This document shows positions 27,501 through 42,500 of a DNA stretch of 64,000 nucleotides, one piece after another. The notes beneath the pieces were generated by a model that was not told the DNA's origin, ran no database searches, and worked only from the letters and a program-made list of their open reading frames with translations. Within the stretch, counting starts at the first letter, position 1. The number at the start of each line of letters is the position of its first letter. The DNA is from Leucoraja ocellata (Eukaryota): positions 1,798,001 through 1,862,000 of the forward strand of contig JAWMAR010000201.1 of NCBI GenBank assembly GCA_036785375.1, read 5' to 3'. A program made the position numbers and the translations under genes.

Positions 27501-30500
27501 ATAAGGATCCACAATACTCCAATTTGGGCCTCACCAAGGATTTGGTGCCATTCTCTTTGACGGATGTACTACATGCGTGAAATTTTATTTTAAGAGGGCT
27601 GAGAATTCTATTTGCTTTGTTAGACACTTGATTAATATGATTCGCCCAACTTAAATCATTGCTTTATTCGACTCCTAGATATGGGTGATGGTCGACAGCA
27701 AGCAATGTATGGCTATCCATGTTGTATTCCGATAAAAGTGGATTAGTCTTGTGCGATACATGCATGGTATCACATTACGTTGTGTTGAATGGCATCTGCC
27801 AGGTGTTCCCCCACTCTCAGAGAGCGTCCGGATCATTTTGTAAGGACAAGCTGTCTTCTGGTGTTTTAATCTCTCTGTAAATTATGGCATCATTTGCGTA
27901 GACTCGAACTCTGGACGAAACTGCATTTGGAATATCATTGATATACAGTAGGAAGAGCAATTGAGCAGGTTAACATGCAGTAAAGTCCATTCGGATGCAC
28001 CGTGAAATATAGATACATATAAAATGGAAATACTGTATAACCTTCGATCCGCAGACAGAGACCATTCTTTGAACCGCCCAAATATGCCCGTTCTTCATCA
28101 CTCGAATTTATGTCACCATCAGTACAGCAACGGAAACGAGAGTCTGACGGTAAGATTTATAATATTTAATTTGCCTTCTCATTATTTTTCATCAACTTAA
28201 TATACTATTCTCCTCGACCTTGGAATTCCATCACAAGTTTATCGTGTTATCATCTGTAACAGACAGATCTGTCTGTAGTAATTTTGAAATGTATGTCCTG
28301 GTTCCTGTACGCATCCTTTCCACCAACATTAGCCTATAGTACAACACCGTTATTTTCCGTCACAATGTCAATATAACGCGCGATTAATGATTCGCTAGTA
28401 ACGTAGGCGCTTTGGTGGATGGAGAGACACATGCTGAAGATCACAATGAGACAAAATGATGTCAGATAATAAGGGAAGAATAGTACAATGAAAAATTAGG
28501 GATATAAGTAGAAGGGGACAGGGGATGAGACTTGCTGGATTATGAAATAAATGATTGTGCGCGGCTTGGGGCGCGTTAATGTTTCTATTTCCCCGCAATA
28601 TTTCCATCTATCTGTAACTCGTTTCTTTCATTTTGCAAAGCGTGATACATGAACTATCGGGACCCACACTGGCGGGATATTCAGTTTTGCATATATTATC
28701 CCGATGACAATGAAACTCCCTTTTCATAAATAGCTATTTATATCTTTACTTGATACAGGACTCGAGGAAATGAAAACAGCGCTCCAAGTTTGTGGTGAGT
28801 GCACAGCATTGTAAAAGTCATTGATTAAAGGGGAATGTGGCAGCTTGTTAAAATAGATTTCTTCACTTTTATTAAGGCACGGAATGTTACATCTTCTAAT
28901 AAGATATCCGATTCGCCTTCGGCATTTACGACAGAATGTGTTTCAAGTATTCGGGGGCTGGGGTGCATTTGACCCAAAAGATGTAGAAAAAATAACTTTT
29001 AATAGACCCTCGTCGGCAGTATCGCCCGGTTCATGAGAGGCCAAACAATCGAAACAAATGTAAAGGCACCATAGTGTCTCTTTTTGTAACTTTAAAGATT
29101 CCAAGTGAAAGTTATGTCATCATCCCTAGAACGATCGCCCATGATTCTTACTCCTCCATTGACCTCTTCCGAAACCATGGTGCCAATATTATAATACATC
29201 ACTTCAGCTCATGTTTACTCATAATATGCAGAACCTTTGTGTAACACATTATTTTTACCTTTTAAGTTTCCTTTTAACCATGAAAGAAGAACTTTTCCCT
29301 TCTTCCACTATGTCTTTGTCAACTTTTACTGACGAATCGGTGGTAATTCAGGGAGAGACAATTCGTACTCTCTGCAGTAATGACTGGGATACCGGTGTGC
29401 AAGTGATATAGCTGACAACAATCAATCACATTGAAGTGATATCATGACGAATCTTAGCACCTAAATCAGGTATTTTTCAGTTCAGAGAAAATTCACTTCA
29501 TAATTTAGTAATTTCAATCTAAAGCTGTTGTATCTAATTGGCCTTTGGTGACGGACACGCTTCGAGAACGCTTAAAACTGTGCCTTTGGATTGTTTCGCT
29601 GAATAATACGTTTAAAAATTGGACACCACCAAGCAATCTTTAGAAGTAGTGCAATCGTCGATGGTGACCGGTTCAACATATTTTCACTACAAAATCAACA
29701 GATTGACTGGGTTGTGCCCGTGTGGCATAATTTGTTGATGTAGTTCCTGCGGCACAATATTTAAGCTCATCAATGCGTCTCGTAGCTGTAAAGCTGTAAA
29801 GCCCCTGGGTTATTGCACTATTGCTTTCAATAACCAGAACAAGATTTGAGAAAGACTACCAATGGTAAGCGGAAACAATTTATTTCATATAATTGAATAA
29901 TATATATTAAACTGCCTTTCGCTTTCACTTTTTATCAATCAGATTCGTTCCTGTTATAATTCCGAGCATCACTTTAAAAATGTGAACAGTGGAATCTATT
30001 GCATATTAAACGGACAATGTCTCAAAAATCAGGTTTTGACCAGTTCTAATTCATTCTGATTCATTTAGGGCGCACGGTGTCGCAGCGGTAGAGTTGCTGC
30101 CTTACAGCGCCTAGAATGCCAGAGTCCCGGATTCGATCCTGGCTACGGGTGCTTTCAGTACGGAGTGTGTACTTCTCACCGTGTCCTGCGTGCGCTTTCT
30201 CCGAGAAATTCGGTTTCCTCCCACACTCCAAAGAGAGTGCGTCTTTGATTGGCTAGATTGATTGGCTTGGTATAAATGTACAAAGTATCCACTGCGAAGG
30301 AGAATATTAATGTGCCGGAATTCCTGGTCGGTGCGGACTCGGTGGGCCGAAGGGCCTGTTTCCGTGCTGTATCGCCTAATTAAACTAAACTAAATTTGTC
30401 CTGTTCCAACAATGACTTCTAAATTCGTCGTCATATATTCTCTGCGCTTACCCTGTTGACAAATAAAGCAGCTATGCTATCTTCCGTCGAAAACAATATT

Positions 30501-33500
30501 TTCAGTTATATTTACCTGACATTTGTTCCTTCCCGAAATATTTTCAGTGCCCTATGCGTGGACTTGCGTGTAAAACTATTTACTGGTAATTTCTTTTCCG
30601 GAATTCTTCAAATTTTCTGGACATTTGTTTTGCAACTCTACAATCCATAATCTGATGGGATCAGTGTAAAATGTATTATCATGGCGTTACGGTAAAGTTT
30701 CCAATTATTTTATTTCGCGACAGTTCAAAATCTGGATTTGTTCAATATGCTTTCGATTTTCACAACGTTGTATTTTTCTCACCATTTTTACGTGTCTTTA
30801 ATAAGAATATAAATAAGAAGGTAAAACACAAATATGGTTGGTATGTTCCATTCAATAGCATTGAAGCTGATGGCTTTTGCACATTTTCCCTGCAGTAAAT
30901 TGATATGTCTTGATTTCTTGATATTCAAACGCGTAATTGTTACTTTGTTCAGCACATTCAGCAATGAGCCTCCGCGGCCTTATTTGCGAACTAGATTCCA
31001 CAGGTTCAGCAGTGTTGCCGAACCGTTAATTTATGACGCTCGTGCAGGAGGGAAAAACACAAATATGCACTTACCGTGTCTAGATTCGTTGAAGTTGTAC
31101 ATTATGTTCCTAAATGATTTTCAAGCATGCATCATCTGCGGAAACGTGAGGAACACATCACATGAATTGTGTTACAGCGTTTATCTTCTCTTCTGAAGGT
31201 GATTATATTTTAAACAAACATCGAAAAATGAAATCTTACAGAGAATTGCGCCTCCTATGACACGTTCACCCGAGGAAATATTTTACTGCAATTACAGCGA
31301 CAAACGTATTTTACAACGATATCCAAATTACTCTGCAGATCAAATAACCCAAAATATAAATATATATAATTTCTCATTTATAGAAATAAAAGAATTGAAA
31401 GACAGTTTTAGCAAGGCCAGTAAGTAGAATTCATTGAAATTGAATCATTCTGCAAATTGTAATATCGTCTCATTAAATTATCCTAGCGTCATCGTCAGTT
31501 CTTCTTCTCAGTCCCAAAAAACTGATGAGCGGTTGTCTCTACTTCAGAATATGCCATAGTTTAATATAACGGAAAATACAATTGGACTTCAGCTTGCTGC
31601 GTGAGGCTATGTTCCAAATTGTACAGAAGCAGCAATGTGACGCACATCTACTTAATTCGTTTGCAAGCATGTGGGTGTGAAATTGATGTAAAGAGCCAAA
31701 ACTTTGACTACTTGGCCTATCGGAATAATTTGCCGACTGAAAAGAAGAATGGTTCACCTTAATATCATATCACAACACATATGTTCAATGTCCAGGCATC
31801 CAAAATGACCACGTTTGCTTTGTTTAACCTACGATAACAGCCGATGGAAATACTGGCGCGTTATTAACATGAATAAGGATTTTCAATCTGTTTAAATCAA
31901 TATTGTGCTATATGTTTCCATATCCAATAACACTTCGTGGAATCTCTGGCAGGTGTCAAAAGAGCGTCTGTCTGAACCTGCCTTATTACATATAAACATA
32001 TAAATGTCAAAATTAGACGCAGGACTAGGCCGTTCGACCCTTCGAGCCAGCACCGCCTTTCATTAAGATCATGGCAGATCATCAAAAATCAGTATCACGT
32101 TCCTGCGTTCTCCCCATAAGCCTTGATACCGATGCGTATTTTGGAGGAGAAGACAACAATAATAGGTCCGCTTTTGATACTTTTATCATTAGAACAAGGA
32201 TTGAAAAACAAAGATACAGGTGACATTTTCAAAATTCTTTGTTTGATTATCTTACCTTTCGTTATTGATTAAAACATCACTGCTTCGCTTCTCTTCCATT
32301 CCATATGGTCCCACTCTACAATATAGAATGACCCTAGCAGAACTTTCCAGAAGATGATGTTTAAGTTTGCATACTTTTAACATAATTAATTGATTCTTGG
32401 CGTAGGCCTGAACGTTGGGTATTTACGTTCAGTCCATGAAACATGGACGAGACTCCAGAGTGTGGATATGATCATGGTGACATCTACGCTGACAAGCCCT
32501 ATTGGATTCGTTTCAGAATTCCAAGGATTTCACTACTTTTATTTATATTATAAGAAAGGGCCAATGTTTTTCATCGATCATCATCAGATAAACACCGCCC
32601 ACCTCCTGAACCAATTTGGTCATGACATATTGTTCTCCCTCAGTAGAATGCATTAACTCTGGCGTCAGGTGTTGGAGGGCAGGGATAGCAATATAAAACA
32701 GATTAATGCGTGGCGGAACATTTAGGGAAGGGGATGGGGATTTTGAGTTTAAGCCCATTGGGATCTCTGGGGCTGAGCTGAACTGTACGAGAAGGACAGT
32801 TTGCATTTCAACATGATAGGCACAAATATCCTTGCAAGGAGTTTCGCTAGTTCCACTTGGGAGGGATTAAACTAAAACGACAGGGGCGAGTGGGAGCTAC
32901 AGCCGAACATCAGTAAATAAAAGGACTAATCAGAGAGCAGAGTTGTGTCCAGTCAGTGTCAAAGGAAGAATAGGCAAGAAGCGGTTATGCATTATGGTGA
33001 AAATAGACGCAAGGTACTTGTGTAACTCAATGGTTCAGGCTGCATTTCTGTAGACAATTAAACGGCGAAGTTTCCGGTCGGATCCGTCTTCAGACTGAAG
33101 GTATGTCTGGGGATGGTCTTATCTCAAGAGGGTGACAATGTGGAGAACAGCGGAATTGATAACACGACTATGGTGGAGAAAGGGTGCAAGGGGGTAGGGG
33201 AAAAGAGTGTAAAGTTAAGTTATTTAAAACTGGAGAATCTAACGTTCAAATCGTAGGTATTTAAGCTACGCAATCGAAATATCAGACGCTGTTCGTCCAA
33301 TTTGCGTGTGGTCTCACTCCAGCAATAGAGGAGGCCCATGCAACGGTTGTCGGGGTGCCTGGATGGACTACATGGAGGAGGTATAAAAATAGAACATTGT
33401 GAAATCGGACTAAAATCTACTTATTTTAATAAGGTGTATCCTGAGTAAAGCCGATGAATTTACGGTCTGGATTGGTACATGTAAATGTGACTTTCTAGCT

Positions 33501-36500
33501 ATCACAGAGTCGCGAGTTCTAAGAAGTAGCAGCTCAAAGTTTCAAAACATAACAGAAGAAGTTAAAATAGGTGATGGATTGGCTCCACTAATCAGGGAGA
33601 ATCTCATGACTGCACTCAGCGAGGACGTTCTGAAGGGTTCATCCACCGAGACAATTTGGGTAGAGCTCAAAAATAAGAATTGTAAATCATTCTAATGGAA
33701 TTGTGCTATAAACCTGCCAAAAGACAGCGTGAACATATATTTAAACATGGACAAGATGAACATACAAAATTAGTAAGGGGTTGGACAGGCTAGATGCAGG
33801 AAGATTATTCCCAATGTTGGGGAAGTCCAGAACTAGGGGTCACAGTTTAAGGATAAGAGGGAAGTCTTTTAGGACCGAGATGACAAAATCATTTTTTACA
33901 CAAAGAGTGGTGAATCTGCGGAATACTCTGCCACAGAAGGTAGTTGAGACCGGTTCATTGGCTATATTTAAGAGGGAGTTAGATGTGGCCCTTGTGGCTA
34001 AAGGGGTCAGGGGGTATGGAGAGAAGGCATGGATGGGATACTGAGTTGGATGATCAGCCATGATCATATCGAATGGCGGTGCAGGCTCGAAGGACCGAAT
34101 GGCCTACTCCTGCGCCTATTTTCTATGTTTCTATATATTTAAACATGTTAGAGAAAGATGGAACAGCAACAGACGTGTCACAGTGGATGACCTTAATTTC
34201 CCTAACATTGACTGGGATTTACACAGTACTGAAATCTTAGACAGGCCAACGGTTGTTTGGTGTAATCAAGATGTTTCCTGGGAAGGGGTTTGAAGGGACT
34301 CGAAGCGGGGCAATGCTGGACCTTGCACTGGTGAACGGGCCAGGCCGTGTGGAATTGTCAAATACTAGGCGACATAAATCTGAGGTAAGAGGGACATAGT
34401 TTAAAGAAGATGTGCCGGACATGTTCTTTTACACGGAGATCTGTCTGTCCGGAAGGCGTTGCCAGGGTAGAGCTCGAAGCAGCCACGACATTGTCATTCA
34501 AGTCGCATTTGGACGGGCACGTGAATATTCATCTCATCTTAAAACTCATAGATCTTTGACCCATACACCACAATCAGTGACGATATTGGACGATATCCTT
34601 CCGTTTGCTCTGCCCTTTTACTTAACTTTGGCTTAACCATGTCGGGTGTTGTTTTTTATGGATTATTTCAGGATGACTTTTAGTGGTGGTGTTAGGGTCG
34701 GCATCCACAGTTCCCTGAAGGTGGCAATGAAAGCAGAGAAGTGAAGAAGTGTTATGGTTAGCTTGTTTTCATCTGTCGGGCTTCTGAGAATAAGAGTCAA
34801 GACGTCATGGTACAACTTTATAGGACTTTGATTAGGCCGCATTTGATGTATAATGTGCACTCCAATGCAGATGGATGTGGAGAATTTGGAGAGGATACAA
34901 AGATGATTTACCCAGAATGCTGCCTGGATTAGACTATATTGCCTGTCAGCAGAGGCTGCGGATTGTTTACTCTGGAACGCAGAATGTGAGGGGAGACCTG
35001 ATAGATGTAAATACAATTAGCAGAGGTTTTGGTATTGTAGACAGTCAAAACCCATTTCCCACATTGGAAAATCCAAGTTGGACACAGCATTAAAGCGAGG
35101 GGGAATGGTTTTAAAGGAGGTGTGCGGGGTAGGTATTGTGTACAGAGTGTGTAGGGTAACTGGAACGCTTTGCCAGCGTTGGGCGTGGAGACAATTAGAA
35201 CTTTGGGCCGCCTTAACGATTCGTAATTGGCTTTTACATCCGATCGAATCCTGTATGTAACTGCGGATGAATTATGGCTCAGAGAAGCAAAGCACACATT
35301 TACCAAAAGTAACATTTCATCATGTGGTTTGCATTACAGACATAGAAAAATGCAAAATGAAACTCGTGGATTGCGGTGAGTTGGGTGCGAATATGTATTT
35401 ACTTCAAACGTTGAGTTTTCCGTCCACTTCCAGACTTTCTTTTGACACTTTATAGAACCGCATGGTGTTAACATGGCGTAAATTGTACACATAAATTGAA
35501 GTAGAACCGTGATGGGTGGACAATTGCTATACTGCCAAGCTGGTCTCCTGCCATGTATGCCGGGCGATATTTTCCACTCAATACTGGATAGTTTCTAGGT
35601 AGAGACAAAATGCTGAAGTAACAGCGGGATATGGTGCATCTTCGGAGAGAAGGAAATTGTGACGTTTCGGGTCGAAACCCTTCTTCAGACTGATAGTTCT
35701 TAGCTCTGCTTCTGCCAAAAAAATCGCTGACATATTTAGTGCATACATAATGTAAAAGGCGTGTTAGTTCTCACAGTGTTAGTCGCATACCATAATGCCC
35801 ATTAGGATAGACGGACAAATTTGCGCCCTACCTGGATTGCTGCGTTTTCGGCCATTTTTATCTTACATTATCTCCACTGTCAATGGTAATTTAGTTCATC
35901 GGCGTATGAACATTTACGTTGGCAAATAGGAGCCCTACTGTTTCCCCATTAAGCATTTTAATTGCAGTCACGTCGACTAAATTACATTTCTTGGGCATTT
36001 AATTTTGTTTTATTTTGAAAGATGGTGGCACATTTCAGCCAATGATATTACATTCGCAGATTATCAGAGCACATCAGCATTACTTCACATAAATAATTAA
36101 CAAAAATGAATCCAGAAGTGCATTTATCATTAAAAGACAGCTACAATACAAGCCCGAAGGTGGGTCTATTCAGCTGCGTCATCGGGCTAAAATACACCCA
36201 TCAGATCAGCGAAGAATGTGTAGCTTCAGGCTTTGTATCCTGACTTCCACGCACACGCATATCCGTCATCTGGATCTAAGGCCTCCTGTTTTGCTTTGGT
36301 CTCAATCGTCATATTAAGATTTACCATGAATATCTAGAGCTGAACCGACAGATATACTTCATAATTCACCGTTCATCATAAAAACAAGTTCAAGGTGATA
36401 CATTTCACATTAATGTATTTACTTCAATTGAGCTTATGATCTTGATTCAAAATATGTACATTTCTACTTGAATTTCCCTGAATTTTAAAGGTTATTTACG

Positions 36501-39500
36501 AACATATAAAGTATGTAATGTTTAGCTTTTTTTAAAGTTCTTAAATATATATTGAAACAATTTTTCATAAACCATAGAAAAAAAAAATCAGAATTTCAAA
36601 CTAAGCTGTCGAAATGTTCCCCGAACTGCGCACAGGCAGAAAATTAGGTTTACGCACAGGTGCCACCTGACGCCCCGCTCAGTCTCGTGGAATACCCAAG
36701 ATTAGATCCGAAATATTAACCAAAGATCACCCAGACATGTAACTGGAACAGGTAGCGCACTGCTTGGTACGAGTTCTGGCCCAATAATGTGGACGCTTCA
36801 TTGAATGGAGCAATTTAATTAGGTCAGATCATGTTTGTGCCAGTCTTCATACTGCACTTAATATTCATCCATCCAACTCGACCACGGTGTATAAGGTTTA
36901 TCTTCTGAACCTACACTTGACCCACATACACATAGAGACATAGAGTCATCCAGCTTGGAAACAGGCCCTTTGGCCCAGTTTGAGCACTCCATGCCCCGTC
37001 TACACTAATCCCAGCCTTTGGCCCATATCAATCTAAAACGTTTCCATGCGCGAACCGGTCTGGATGTCTCTTAGACGATTTGATGGTACCGATGTCAAAT
37101 TCGGCATCGCGTTCCATATGCCTAACACGCTTTGCGTCAAAATGTTGTCCCACATGTTTCTATTAAACATTTCTACCCTAAACCTAACCCTACGTCCTCT
37201 GGTTCTTGTTTCCCCAACTTTGGGTAAAATAAACTGTGCCTTTACCCTATCTATTCCTCTCGTGGTCGTACATACATCTGTAAGATCATTCCTCGTTTTC
37301 CTGCGCTCCAATAAATAAAGTCCCAGCCTGCCGAACTGATCTATATACCTCAGGCCTTCGAGTCCTGGTAACGTCCCCGTAAATCTTGTCTGCACCCTTT
37401 CAGATTAACAACATCTTTCATATAGCATGGTGCCGATATCTGAACACAATAATCTAAATGCCGCCTCTAATACAACTGTGACTTGAACTCACAACTTCTA
37501 TACGCAATACTTTGACCAATATTTCCACATTTCGTTATATTGTTTGTCCTTTCCAAACTTTAGTTCATTTAAAATAGAGTGTCGGATAATTCGCATGATC
37601 TATCCATCTTTTACCTATTCTTGTTTCACTGACGGCATTGTACATTTCTGTTTTGCTGCACAGGAGAATTTGTTCATCTAACTCGTTAGCTTTCCACCTT
37701 AAAGGCAACGAAATCTGAGAATCTTCGGCAGATTATTTCGGAAATTGGAAACCTCGCCACTGAAATTATGGAATTATGGTTCAATGCCGATTTTTTTTTG
37801 AGGGAATGTAGGCGAACAATGTAACTAAGGAGTAGTAATATGCTTCCGGGAATCTGACTAAAGCCGTGAAAGGTAACTCATAGTCATATTGCACGGAAAC
37901 ATGCCATTCGGTCCAAATTCTCAATGCCGATCCCGATGTCCGACCTACAATCGTCCAGCCTTCCCGCGTTTGGCTCATATCCCTCTAAATCGTTCTTAAA
38001 CGTGTAAATGTCCACAATTTATATTACATCTTGTTACAATACTTGCTTCAACTACCTGGTCTGGCAGCTTATTCTATATAACCATGTGAAAAATGTTGCC
38101 CAGTAGCTTCCTATTAAACCATTACCATAACAGCGATGTCCTCTGGTTATTGATTCCCCTAGTCAGTATCAATGAATCAGTTCATTCACAATCCCTTTCG
38201 CCCTCGTTATCACATTCACTTTTACATGATCACCCCTCAGACTCCTGGGCTTCAAGGAAAAAAGTCCAAGCCTGGTCAACCTCTCCAGAAAGCTCGAGCC
38301 CGCAAGTCTTGGCATCATCCACGTAAATTCGCTATTAATTAACAAATCATCCAGGTAAATTCACTTTCACTAGCATTCACTTTTTAAATGAATAACGATA
38401 ACCTATCTAACAGGAAACTATTGAACAGAAAGATTCAAATTCAAACGATTGAATTGTCACTGGTGATCACGCAGAAACGATTCGAAATAATGTTTGTACT
38501 CAGAAGACCAACTGATTGATATGCAATCAGTACAGAAATGCAATTGTTAGCATCACCCGTTTTGAATTTTGATTTTCAAATCGTCTGCTTCAATTTATTT
38601 GGAAAGAGAACATATCAAATTCTATACTCCAAATGGAAAGCAAATATTCTGCTGGACTGTCTGATATACAATCTTATTAACTGTTACTCTGAATATGTAT
38701 TCAATGTAGATAAAGTCGTTTGGTTCTAAATGCTCGTGATAAAAGCATCCATCTCGCACAAGATCTGATGTGCGGTTTCTTAACGTTCACTATAAAACAT
38801 ATTGTGTTGCGGTTTTGCTACGCCTGCCGATAATCTACATCTTGATCAAGGTCAAATATGTACAGGACTGAAAACGTTAGTAGAGAAAACATATTATTTC
38901 ATCGTTATATCTGAAGAGGCACGGGAAATATGTTTCCGTCGAACTAACCCGCCTATTCCCCAATTGACGGGTACAAATATTTGGCGTTTAGAATCAACAA
39001 ATTGTACGGAAATCAATATTTAGCGGCATATTTCACGGAGCTCTTAATACGCCTATCCCTGTGGACATTCCGACCAATGTCTCTCAACTAAAAGGTAAAC
39101 ACCTCTCTTAAAATTACAGGACAGGTATTTGGCAATTCAGAAAACATAATTTACATCTTTCGAATTAAATAATTTCGCATCAATTGCCCTTTTAGATTAC
39201 TTAAGGAAATGTTGGAACACCAATCAATTCAAACGGTTGTCACTGCGCAGATTACAAATCTCATGTAATTGTTTTATTTCTGGGACATTTTATGCAAAAA
39301 TATACTCAATCCACGGTAGAAATCAAATTGCCAACCACTGTGATAATCATTGAAAATTTGGGAATTTTGTGTGCATAATTATTTCATACGTGTAATATGT
39401 GTAGAAAGCATTTAAGGGATGATGAACAAATCTGCAAACAACAACCATTGTTCTAGGTGCAACGGATGAGTACAACTATTTATTGTTTTATAATTCCGTT

Positions 39501-42500
39501 GTTTCTTGTTGGAATGACACATTATTGAATTACATCCCTTACATTAGAAAAATCGCTCACTCAAAAGAACAAAGGTAAGGACGAGGGTATAAATATTCCT
39601 GAATGATCCTAAGACAGACCCAAAATGATGGAGCAACAGGAAGCATCTCTGGAGAGAATGAATGGGGGACGTTGCGGGTGGAGACCCCTCTTCAGACTGG
39701 TCGTTTCTCGCCTCCAGCTCTTTCAGTCTGAAGAAGGGTCGCAATCCAAAATATCACATTCTTTTTCCAGAGAGATGACGCTCTGAGTTACTCCATCACT
39801 TTGTGTCTATGTTTGGTTTCAACCAGCATCTGCAGTTATTTGTTTCTAAGTTCATAATAATCGCCATTCTCATTTGGTGAAATTTGTATTACGTCTGCGA
39901 TTTCAGCACAGCCTCAGATTTGGGCAACTATTCCACAGTCGTATGGCCATTGCAATAATAACATTTATGCTCTCCTCCTGTTCAGTATTAGAAAGCATGA
40001 AGAATGATCTGCAAATTACAGGTTAGAAAACATTTGATGTTCGGATTTTATTGTAAACGCAAGTATATATATTGGTCTGATATAACTGGAAAATACTTCC
40101 ATGAAGCGTGTTACGATCCGTATTCTTGGCGGACCAAGGAAAGTTTACCGCATATCACACAGCATGAAAACTTTTTCAAACTTCCGGTGTTCTCTAAATA
40201 TATACAAATGCCATTACTATATCTTCATCCGTTTGGCAAATTGAAACAAACGGTANNNNNNNNNNNNNNNNNNNNNNNNNNNNNNNNNNNNNNNNNNNNN
40301 NNNNNNNNNNNNNNNNNNNNNNNNNNNNNNNNNNNNNNNNNNNNNNNNNNNNNNNNNNNNNNNNNNNNNNNNNNNNNNNNNNNNNNNNNNNNNNNNNNNN
40401 NNNNNNNNNNNNNNNNNNNNNNNNNNNNNNNNNNNNNNNNNNNNNNNNNNNNNNNNNNNNNNNNNNNNACAACGAAATTTCAGATGCACTGCCCGAGAGG
40501 AGCTCCTACGTATCAGATAAATAATAACGGATAACGAGTAAAAAAAACGGCAAGAAATCGTTGTCATGATGTGCATTGTGCAATATTTCACAATATAGTT
40601 TTGTGGCAGAACAAAATATTGGCTATGGGGGCTGTGTGTACAGTGGAGATTTCAGAGTGGTGATGGGCTTGGGTTAGAGACTGTCCGTTAATCTTTTGGT
40701 GTGTGATTTGATGGACCTGTAACGCTTTCCTGAGGGCAGAAGGGCAAAGCAGTGATGTGCGGGATGCGATGAGTCCTTCAGTAAGCAACGCAATTCAGTC
40801 GACAGGCAACGAGAGCTAAAGATCTCTTCCAGGGCAGTCAGGCGTGTGTTGGTGATCTTCTGGGCTGTATTGATCACTCTCTGAGGAGCGTTCTTCTCAG
40901 CCGCAGAACTGTTGCCATACCATACCAGGATGGCATGTGTCAGGACACTCTCTATGGCGCAACGGTAGAATGACACTAGCAGCAGTTGTGGCAAGTTGAC
41001 TTTCCTGTGTGATCTCAGGAAGTAAAGTCGTTGTTGTGCCTTCTTCACCAGTGCGTGCGTGTTCGTTGACTACATGAGATCTGCTGAGATGTGGGTGCCA
41101 AAGAACCTAAAACTGGAGACACTGTCCACTATTTCTCCGTTGATGTGCAGTGGAGTATGGTCACCCTGTTTCTTCCTGAAGTGAATGATGAGCTATTTTG
41201 GGGGGAGTTTGGATTGAGTGTTAAGTTGTTCTCTGAGCACCAGCCTATTAACCTCTGCACCTCCTCCCTGTAACGCGTGGCAGTTCATCTTTCGTCCGCG
41301 AAATACCATCATTCTACTTTTCCAAATTTCAGTTTTCCCACCTATTCGAAATAAATAGTATGTGTTTCCCGACATAATATACCACGTGCATTATATGTTA
41401 CTTGCTATTATATGTGGGAGAAACAGGCATATAAATACAAATTTCATATTAAAAAGATATAGCATGGAATAATAAAATTAATATTATTTTGGACCAAAGG
41501 ATTAACATTCTGAATTGGAACAGTGACTTAAATTTGTTCACTCTGTTCAATTGATATCTGTGGTATATTGCAAAATATGTCTGTGTTGCACGATCTTCCC
41601 TGCATTACTGATTTGACTTCCCTGCAGACGAAGAACTCAACAATAAAAACAAAGGTAAGCTTTACCTATAGGGGCCTGTCCCACTTAGATGACCTCCACA
41701 GCAACCTCTGGAGACCTTGTTCGCCACCCATCGTCGCTGCAACGTCGCCACGAGGTCATAAGAGGTTTTGGTCACTCTCCCTAATGGTTTCCGCGTGGTC
41801 GTAGCATCACCGAGGTCGCTGCATTTTTTTCATCATGATGAAAATCGGCCTCGATAGGTCGCCGTTTGGTCATAGCCAGTGGAGTGGGGTCGCTATTTAC
41901 AGGCAGTCGAAGGCAATCTTCTTCGCTGATGAGCCATTTTGATGGGCTCATTTGTGTTTCACGACCTAGATAACACACCGGTATGTAAAATGTCGGCTAA
42001 AATTTATTAAACGTCTTAAAACTGTCTCCACTCCTTCTCCAACCCCCCCACCCCCCCCCCCCCCTTCTACCCAACCCCCATCCCCTTCTCTCCCCATCTC
42101 CACCCTTCTCTCTCCCTTCTCTCTCCCCTCTCTCTCCTTCTTTCTCTCCCCTCCTTCTCTCTGCCTCTCTGCCTCTCTCTCCGTCTCCCCCCCCCCCCCG
42201 CGCTCTCGAAAGGACTTACGGTTCTCTGTGGCAGCCGTTTACCTTCATCTTCATCGTGCAGACAACGCTCCTCCGCTCTCCATNNNNNNNNNNNNNNNNN
42301 NNNNNNNNNNNNNNNNNNNNNNNNNNNNNNNNNNNNNNNNNNNNNNNNNNNNNNNNNNNNNNNNNNNNNNNNNNNNNNNNNNNNNNNNNNNNNNNNNNNN
42401 NNNNNNNNNNNNNNNNNNNNNNNNNNNNNNNNNNNNNNNNNNNNNNNNNTCACGCTTCGGTCGATCCAGCTCACGGTTTCAACGCGGCCGGTCGATCCAG

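Noticed and set aside
40256-42449. Assembly gaps might hide extra exons
   Set aside because: The 36/27 alternation is unbroken across both gaps, and the second gap lies inside a MITE.
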